Source of the DNA: Spirochaetota bacterium
Lineage (GTDB): Bacteria; Spirochaetota; Spirochaetia; SPDA01; B32-G16
Length of the DNA stretch: 16,508 nucleotides
Assembly (NCBI GenBank): GCA_003645645.1
Contig: QNBH01000067.1
Coordinates: 1 to 16,508 of the forward strand
Direction: 5' to 3'
Positions 16,345-16,508 of this stretch are shown piece by piece. The notes under the pieces were generated by a model, which saw nothing but the letters and a program-made list of their open reading frames with translations, ran no database searches and was not told the origin of the DNA. The position numbers and the translations under genes are program-made. Every line of letters begins with the position of its first letter. Position 1 is the stretch's first letter.

Positions 16345-16508
16345 CAGCATTAAAGAAATTTAATCAAAAAAATGGTGATTTTTTATTATATTTCAATATA
16401 TAATAATTGCCTGTGATAAAAATATTGTAAAATTATTTAAAAGAAGCCAATTTTAATTTATGAATGATTAATTTTTTAATTAGAAGGCGGAATGGTCAAA
16501 TACATAGC

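Noticed and set aside
1-16508. CRISPR arrays, IS/transposase remnants, tRNA or rRNA genes, integrase or phage modules, toxin-antitoxin pairs
   Set aside because: I looked for spaced direct repeats, terminal inverted repeats, DDE or tyrosine-recombinase motifs, cloverleaf-capable 70-90-nt GC-rich segments, and adjacent small-ORF pairs. I found none. The intergenic space is accounted for by promoters, operators and the two noncoding regions flagged above.

Overview
This is a bacterial chromosomal segment, apparently from a diderm, with GGAGG-type Shine-Dalgarno sites before most genes. I support 14 protein-coding genes. I recognise no rRNA, tRNA, CRISPR array, IS element or large repeat. Positions 1759-9981 hold nine co-directional minus-strand genes with no recognisable terminators between them. 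In transcription order they are: an Rrf2 regulator, a TauE/SafE permease, a YtrA-type GntR regulator, an SPFH/stomatin protein with an extra N-terminal membrane domain, a LolD-like ABC ATPase, two FtsX (LolC/E-like) permeases, a LolA-like secreted protein, and a 404-aa protein whose C-terminus carries an outer-membrane beta-barrel signature. The seven genes from the GntR regulator to the barrel are tightly packed or overlapping. The GntR gene is preceded by a near-consensus promoter overlaid with four copies of a GTATTAA heptamer, including a perfect 24-bp palindrome. I consider this GntR-gated module, which spans inner membrane, periplasm and outer membrane, the most interesting system in the window. 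The remainder holds a 5'-partial 495-aa protein of unknown family (left edge), an Amidohydro_3 hydrolase co-transcribed with an M48 metallopeptidase (plus strand), a secreted TPR/FecR-like protein, and ilvBN (minus strand). Two noncoding stretches are unexplained: a 357-bp region upstream of the amidohydrolase and a 267-bp convergent gap at 1492-1758. Both carry promoter-like or hairpin signals and are candidate small-RNA or leader elements. All product names rest on motifs I can read in the translations; I ran no database search.
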